From an uncultured virus (IMG/VR IMGVR_UViG_3300042569_001770) (lineage: Duplodnaviria > Heunggongvirae > Uroviricota > Caudoviricetes): 64,000 bases of DNA. The stretch is taken from IMG/VR virus record IMGVR_UViG_3300042569_001770; one strand, given 5' to 3'. Every line of letters starts with the position of its first letter. The first letter of the stretch is position 1. Positions 57,925-64,000 of this stretch are shown here, one piece after another. Below the pieces are notes generated by a model. The model was not told the origin of the DNA. It ran no database searches and saw nothing but the letters and a program-made list of their open reading frames with translations. The position numbers and the translations under genes are program-made.

Positions 57925-60900
57925 TTATATAACTAAAATCCAATCATTTCCGGTTTTTATGGGGTAGTATGCTGATGGAGTTTCTGTATTTGTATCTCCA
58001 CTACTTATCTCAAAATTAAGGAATTTATATACGTTTTCTGTGTTACCAATTATTTCTTGGTAAACAGTTTCCCACAAATCTGTTTCTCCCGTATAACCCG
58101 ATGTTTTATTAAACGTAGTTGCAAGTATTTTTGTAGCGACTCGAGCAGATGCGGATATTATTAAATTGCTTGTATTGTAATTGGATACTTGCAAAGGTTT
58201 CATAGCATCTCCAACTGTTATATTGAATAAATTTATGGTAGCACTGGAAATAGCTGGTATTGTTATAGAAGAGACCCAAAAATCAGAACAGAGGGTATAT
58301 GTTATAGTACTCAAATCATAATTTATAATATTCGGAGAATTGGGCGGATTTGTTTCTAATATTTGTTTAACTTGAACCAATCCCCCTTCATCAAGATTTA
58401 TAGTTTTTAACTTGGGATAAAAAATCAATTTACATGGTTCATATTCAAACAATCGGGGTGAAATCTCCAAAAGATCTGTTATTATTTTACCGTCATTTGA
58501 ATATTCTCTCGGCAACGTAGAAGCTGTAATCGGATAATTAAACATTTTTAATTCTTTTGAATTTATATCTTCCATTCCGTAATAAGACACTCCACCCTCT
58601 GCCGGGAAAAAACGATTAAAGGCAGTAACACTTAAATTTATACCCGTAGATTCAAGTATTTCTGGTCTGTAAGGTATTTTAAAATTTTTTATAATAACAT
58701 CCTTTCTACTGTCAGCCGGCAATATGTATTCTTCCGGTGTGTCTATTATTTGATCTGATAATATAAATTTTTCTTCATTTCCCATCGCAAATAAAAATGT
58801 TAATTTTTCATTTGCCGATATATTGCGATCTTGTACATTGCTTATCCTGAGATCATATTCATAGATAGAATCTTTTTTATTTTTATAAGTTTTACCAGAC
58901 AAGGCATTGAAATAAGTATCAAAAGGTTTTTGTATATCTAAAACTTGCAAATATCTATTAGCCTTTTTATTGTTTTCTGCTGCCCAGGAAAATCGAGGAA
59001 TTGCAAATATGTATGGTGAAGTAGAAAATTCTGCTCCGTTTGTAATAATGATATTGGCAGATTGTTGTATATCATAAAGATTTATCCAACCAGGTATACT
59101 GACATTTTTCGCCTTTAATGTAATTGTATTATAATAATAACGATCGGTGGGGATAATATCGGCTGATATACCATATGATAAAGATGTAGTTAAATTAAAA
59201 CTAGTATTATAAAACAATAATCTTGAATTGTTAGTTATATTAGTTGTTGAAAAGGACGATATAATGGTCCAATCATCTGACACTCGAGTGTTTGCGGACG
59301 ATAGCCAAAAATCTACAACATAATTATTGTAGGTATACAAAATTTTATTACCACTCAACACAGAAATTGTTGAAGTATAATAATTTGTGGTATACAAATT
59401 ATTATAATCATTTAAAAAGGAAAAATTATCCGGTAAATCAAAAGATGATATATATTTTGAAGTACTAACTACAAATAAAGATGTAGCCACCGGACTTAAA
59501 TTTATTTGACTCGACAAATAAACTAAATAAGAATTATTTTGAGCCAAAGAATTTGCAGATAAAGCAGATAATAAAACATTTAAATTATTTTGTGACAAAA
59601 TATAACCTGTACTATTTGTATTAAGATATTCTGAGTTGATATAGTTTTTATAATTTCTTTCGTATAAGTTAAAACTCTTCTCCAGAGCAGTTTCATAATC
59701 TCCTGTTGTATTGGTGGATAAAGTAATTACAGTTGACGAAATTATATCTTCATTTATGATATTTTCATGTATAATATCAGAATCAATCTTCCATTCCAGA
59801 GAGGAAATATAAACATTACTTGTCCGAAGGTTTTGAGGTATAAACCTAAAAGTATTAGTTCCATTGGGAGGTCTAGTCAAGGATTTTATATTTTTGGAAG
59901 TGTCCAATAAAGAAACATTAGGAAATTTATTGTAAACCACATTAAAATCTGCATTTATGATTGTTGAATCTGGGTAAGAATTGATAGAATATACCAGTTC
60001 TCCGTTTATTATTTTTCCTTGATCATAAACTTCTGCGATTAAATTAAAGGATTTAAATACCTCCGTGGAAGTATAATCCGTATCTATTAAAAAATAAATT
60101 TCTGGTAAAGATTGAATTGAAGTTATACTACCATATTTATAAGGTGAAGTACAATTAAAATCCGTAAAAGCACTTACTGGTATAGAATTTGAATCTATTA
60201 TATCATCATATTTCCAAGTCCAAGATATGGCTGCGTTGCTTGGTATTGGTATACTTCTTGTAAAATAAGATACCTCCGCGGCAAAACCTAGTTTTTTAGT
60301 TTTGTCTTTCTTATTTTCAAAAATATTATTTATGTCAATTGTATTTTGGGCATATAAGTCAAAATAATCCGGATCAGCAGACACTACTCCCACCATATTA
60401 TACTTTTCTGATGAAAGATATACCACTAATGTTTCATTTGTTAATCCGGTAATTTTAATAGTATTAGCATCTTCAAACAAATATTCTTTTGCGGGTTCTA
60501 TAATGGGAGTGTTGTTTATATTTGTGGATAAATTTTCTATAGAAATTACATCATTTGTTGTATAATTCCAAACAATATTAGTTTGAGATAAATCCAATTC
60601 AGAATTTTCTCCGGAAAGAGAATTGATTGTTAAAGATATACTAGAAAGATCTTGCTTTAGGGTTTGTATTTTTATAGGATTTATATAGTTTGATATATTA
60701 TAATCCAAAACCACGGGAAATGTAGTTGCCCAATAAGCCTCTAAAACACCTGCTCCTGTAGACAAACCAGGTCTTATAGAAATAACAGTACCTCCACCGT
60801 TTAAATTATATAGGAGTCTTAAATAAGATCCGGAAATCGCTGGTACATAAGGAGAAGAAGAAATATCATAAAATGTAGTGTTATTTCCATTAACCAAAAA

Positions 60901-62844
60901 AGCAGACAGATATTCTTTATTCAACAGAGGAGACTCATTATCTAATTCAAATTTAATAAAATCAGAATATCCATAGGCTGATAGGGGTAATTCTAATATA
61001 TCAAAATCAGAATACACAGAAGTGTACAAATCTATCTGAGAGTATACAATATTATCTGAAGTTATATTTTTAATTTGTGTGTCAAATACAGTAGAAGACA
61101 AATAAAAATTTAAAGTATTTTTATTTTCATAATTATAGGATGGTATTTTTTTATAAGAGTTTTTAAAACTATAATAATAAGGTGGATATTTGAGCTCCCA
61201 ATTTACTATCCGATTATGACTTTGCCAATTAATTGGAGTATTTAAAGAGATTGCAGGACTACTAGATATGCTTATTATTGTAGATTCTACACTTTGAGAA
61301 ACACCATTTAAATACGGCGTTTCTGCTATATATTTGAGGGATAATTTTGTACCCCTTACCCCAGACACCGGAGCAACCACACCAAAATTATCTGTATTGT
61401 ATACATATTTTGCCGTATTGTAATAATTAAACCTACTAGTATCAAAATTTAAAACTGCACTCAACACACAATTAGATGCATCTTCTAGCGGCAATTGTGT
61501 GTTGATAGAAGATTGTAATAATTGAAATGTTAAAGTTTTTGTAAGGTCATTTCGTTTTAAAATATAAGATGATTCTATAGATCTGTCTGCAAATAATTGT
61601 AAATCATCAAATTCATCTCCCATTGTACGGATAAAAGGTACTGGTTGTGATATATAATCGTAGAAATTTATAAAATATTGTAACCTGATTGTATCTGGTC
61701 TTATAAAATAACCTTCTGGTTCTAATACCGCATTGTAATATATTGGATTTATGTTATCGTAAAAAGATATTATAGAATGATTACCTCTTGTTACTGATCC
61801 GGATAACTCATACATTATATTATCCAAGCTTATGTTTTGATTTTCAGACAAATCAGATAATGTCAGTGGTGTAGATAAAAATTTACTATGTTCTGTTTTT
61901 ATTTTTTTACCATAATTCCAATCCGTAAACTGGAATTCATAAGGTTTTAATAAAACTGTGGATGTTTGTAAAACATAACTTTGAGAAGTTAGTTGATATA
62001 TTAAAGTATCATATATTATTGAACTAGTATATTGTGTTAAAACATAACTATTATATAAAGGCAGGGAACTAATAGAATCGTAAAAGGAACTTAAATAATT
62101 AATAGAAATATATGAGGGTGAAGAAATATAATGAGAAGTCAATACATAACTAACACTAGTTATTATATCCTGAATGGATGTTGAACTGATTAACCACTCT
62201 CTAGTATAATCTCCTGTTAAAAAATCATTTAAAGATACGATATTTTCAAAAGAAGATACATAGCTAGAACTAGTTGAATACCATACAGAAGACGCGGTTT
62301 GTGTCATTTGATATACAACAAAAGAATTAAGATCTCCCGTGTCATTAAGGCCGTTTAAGATATTATTTAATTCTTGAAAATTATACGCAGACAAACCCAA
62401 TTCGGACGACGTTAATATTTCATAATAACTTTTGACAGAAGCAGATAAAGGGTATAAAAATAATTGTGACGGATAAACAGTTGCCCCATAATATGTCGGT
62501 TCTTCTGACGCCAACATTAAAGATCCAAAAACATTACCCCTGTTTTGTTTTCTGAGAGCAGATGGAGACCATGAAAATGTTAAATTAGGAATAACATTAG
62601 TATTAAATTGTAAATCATTTTGCGTTACAAAAAAAACAGAATTACTAGACAATCCAACCAATTCATTTATTTTTGGAGGTGTATATGTTAATTCTGTAAT
62701 GTCATTGTCTTCTGTGTAATAGGGAGCACACAAAAATTTTACAGGCATTTGATTAAACCTATAATCTATAACAGATGGATTTATGCTATAAACATATCTT
62801 TCATCAGGCCAAACACCAGACACAGAAACTACATAAGGATTCAT
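57925..62844 (-). CDS. very large Ser/Thr/Asn-rich virion protein
   Basis: 1639-aa ORF in the structural operon; no recognisable enzyme motif. Confidence 0.65.
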   Translation of the reverse strand: MNPYVVSVSGVWPDERYVYSINPSVIDYRFNQMPVKFLCAPYYTEDNDITELTYTPPKINELVGLSSNSVFFVTQNDLQFNTNVIPNLTFSWSPSALRKQNRGNVFGSLMLASEEPTYYGATVYPSQLFLYPLSASVKSYYEILTSSELGLSAYNFQELNNILNGLNDTGDLNSFVVYQMTQTASSVWYSTSSSYVSSFENIVSLNDFLTGDYTREWLISSTSIQDIITSVSYVLTSHYISSPSYISINYLSSFYDSISSLPLYNSYVLTQYTSSIIYDTLIYQLTSQSYVLQTSTVLLKPYEFQFTDWNYGKKIKTEHSKFLSTPLTLSDLSENQNISLDNIMYELSGSVTRGNHSIISFYDNINPIYYNAVLEPEGYFIRPDTIRLQYFINFYDYISQPVPFIRTMGDEFDDLQLFADRSIESSYILKRNDLTKTLTFQLLQSSINTQLPLEDASNCVLSAVLNFDTSRFNYYNTAKYVYNTDNFGVVAPVSGVRGTKLSLKYIAETPYLNGVSQSVESTIISISSSPAISLNTPINWQSHNRIVNWELKYPPYYYSFKNSYKKIPSYNYENKNTLNFYLSSTVFDTQIKNITSDNIVYSQIDLYTSVYSDFDILELPLSAYGYSDFIKFELDNESPLLNKEYLSAFLVNGNNTTFYDISSSPYVPAISGSYLRLLYNLNGGGTVISIRPGLSTGAGVLEAYWATTFPVVLDYNISNYINPIKIQTLKQDLSSISLTINSLSGENSELDLSQTNIVWNYTTNDVISIENLSTNINNTPIIEPAKEYLFEDANTIKITGLTNETLVVYLSSEKYNMVGVVSADPDYFDLYAQNTIDINNIFENKKDKTKKLGFAAEVSYFTRSIPIPSNAAISWTWKYDDIIDSNSIPVSAFTDFNCTSPYKYGSITSIQSLPEIYFLIDTDYTSTEVFKSFNLIAEVYDQGKIINGELVYSINSYPDSTIINADFNVVYNKFPNVSLLDTSKNIKSLTRPPNGTNTFRFIPQNLRTSNVYISSLEWKIDSDIIHENIINEDIISSTVITLSTNTTGDYETALEKSFNLYERNYKNYINSEYLNTNSTGYILSQNNLNVLLSALSANSLAQNNSYLVYLSSQINLSPVATSLFVVSTSKYISSFDLPDNFSFLNDYNNLYTTNYYTSTISVLSGNKILYTYNNYVVDFWLSSANTRVSDDWTIISSFSTTNITNNSRLLFYNTSFNLTTSLSYGISADIIPTDRYYYNTITLKAKNVSIPGWINLYDIQQSANIIITNGAEFSTSPYIFAIPRFSWAAENNKKANRYLQVLDIQKPFDTYFNALSGKTYKNKKDSIYEYDLRISNVQDRNISANEKLTFLFAMGNEEKFILSDQIIDTPEEYILPADSRKDVIIKNFKIPYRPEILESTGINLSVTAFNRFFPAEGGVSYYGMEDINSKELKMFNYPITASTLPREYSNDGKIITDLLEISPRLFEYEPCKLIFYPKLKTINLDEGGLVQVKQILETNPPNSPNIINYDLSTITYTLCSDFWVSSITIPAISSATINLFNITVGDAMKPLQVSNYNTSNLIISASARVATKILATTFNKTSGYTGETDLWETVYQEIIGNTENVYKFLNFEISSGDTNTETPSAYYPIKTGNDWILVI

Positions 62845-62865
62845 TTATTATAATTATCTTATTAT

Positions 62866-64000
62866 TTAAATTAATCCCAATCCTTTTTGCAATTCAAAAT
62901 TAATCATTCTGTCTATCAAACCATTTTCCTCATACCACTGTTCTATATTTTGATTTTTAGGTAGAGTAGTTTGTTGATTATTCCAATCTATAATATTTTC
63001 TGTCATATAATCTGAAGAACTTAAATTGGGTATCAATGTAGAATTTGGAATATATTGGTAAAACTCATAAAAATTGCCCCAGTATTCCGGCAACCCTATA
63101 GAACTAGCTAGCACAGACAGATTATATATACTTTGATTATTTAAAATTCCGGTATTTATTTTTCGATATTTTTGTGTTCCTCTATTTTTTAATATTACAG
63201 GATACCCAGCCGACACATTATAGGTGTCTGTAAATATTTGTTCTCCTTTGTTTAACAGTTTTTCTCTACCACAATAGGAACAAGTACCTACATTATATTC
63301 ATTTTTATTGTAAATGTCTCCACAGTTACAAACAACACCCATTAAGCGAGAAGGATTAATGGAACAATTGTCAACAATTCTAGTTAATCCTTCTGGAAAA
63401 TAAAATTTAAAATCATTGTCTTCAAACTTTATTTTGCGCATCATTTCTTGCAAATGTTTTAAATCGCATATATCAGGATCTCCAGAATTACCTACAAAAT
63501 TGGCAATTTTGTCATATAATTTTAATCCTGGATCATTTGGTTCATAAGGATATGTACCAAATATAGAACCAAAAAATCCTTTTTGATCAGAAAGTGGTTG
63601 TCTTATGTTTTGTATATTGCCATCCAAATCATTTAATTCCTGTTTTAATTTTGCCAACTCTTCTTCGTTGCCTAATAAATTTTCACCACCTTCAAGGTTA
63701 TAAATTTTTGTATTAATGTCTCTCCTGGTTAAATTAACAGAATCCACAGTTTCTTGTACCTTTTCGGTATTATTATATAAATTATCAAATAAAAATGGAC
63801 TATCTTGCAAAGAGGGCATAAAACTAAAATCCCTCATATATTTGGCCATATTAAAGTTTTCAGTTTTAGTAAAAAATTTATATGCCTCTGGTTGTGCTAA
63901 CCATATATTTTTACATTCTCCGGATAAAAAATACATATTAGTACCTGGTTTGTAACTAAATTTGTAAGACCATCGCCACCCAGTCCAATCTCCATTAGCT
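62866..64000 (-). CDS. virion/baseplate-associated protein, start outside the window
   Basis: The frame stays open upstream of the ATG at 63936 (ANGDWTGWRWSYKFSYKPGTN) to the window edge. Contains CNC...CSYC. Confidence 0.65.
   Translation of the reverse strand, partial: ANGDWTGWRWSYKFSYKPGTNMYFLSGECKNIWLAQPEAYKFFTKTENFNMAKYMRDFSFMPSLQDSPFLFDNLYNNTEKVQETVDSVNLTRRDINTKIYNLEGGENLLGNEEELAKLKQELNDLDGNIQNIRQPLSDQKGFFGSIFGTYPYEPNDPGLKLYDKIANFVGNSGDPDICDLKHLQEMMRKIKFEDNDFKFYFPEGLTRIVDNCSINPSRLMGVVCNCGDIYNKNEYNVGTCSYCGREKLLNKGEQIFTDTYNVSAGYPVILKNRGTQKYRKINTGILNNQSIYNLSVLASSIGLPEYWGNFYEFYQYIPNSTLIPNLSSSDYMTENIIDWNNQQTTLPKNQNIEQWYEENGLIDRMINFELQKGLGLI

Noticed and set aside
62866..62900. C-terminal KGLGL shared with the B1-B3 paralogs
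   Set aside because: It is only five residues with no other visible similarity, so it cannot be distinguished from chance.
1..64000. Alternative genetic code (stop-codon reassignment), as in some jumbo phages
   Set aside because: Standard-code ORFs tile the window densely, and core genes are full length ending in TAA, TAG or TGA.
1..64000. tRNA/rRNA genes, introns, inteins, homing endonucleases, transposases
   Set aside because: No intergenic gap shows a cloverleaf by eye, core genes appear uninterrupted, and no HNH, GIY-YIG, LAGLIDADG or DDE motifs were recognised. A tRNAscan/Infernal run would be needed to exclude RNA genes formally.

Overview
The window is a 64-kb, AT-rich, densely coded segment of a large T4-like (Tevenvirinae-like or jumbo) myophage, probably with a Gram-negative host. 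T4-type core genes recognisable by motif are gp46 (partial), gp47, the late sigma factor gp55, UvsW, UvsY, gp61 primase, a gp62-like clamp-loader subunit, a GroES/gp31-like co-chaperonin and the gp15 tail terminator. An Hjc-type resolvase and a DinG-like helicase are also present. There are five accessory blocks. (1) A 12-gene glycosyltransferase/methyltransferase island sits between gp47 and gp46. (2) A lysis cassette encodes a unimolecular spanin candidate, a holin and a pesticin/GH24-type endolysin; its late promoter and start codon lie inside a long inverted repeat. (3) A 2077-aa tail fibre ends in RCC1 repeats. (4) A QueC + class II glutamine amidotransferase + glycosyltransferase + DUF366-like cluster suggests a 7-deazaguanine or other modification pathway. 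(5) About 30 kb of minus-strand virion/fibre genes include three tandem paralogs with conserved ends and unrelated middles. These virion proteins are conspicuously rich in a hydrophobic-Ser-(Ser/Ala/Gly) motif, a candidate sequon for the phage's own glycosylation machinery. No tRNA, rRNA, CRISPR array, transposase, integrase or reverse transcriptase was seen. All family calls come from motif recognition by eye, not from database searches.
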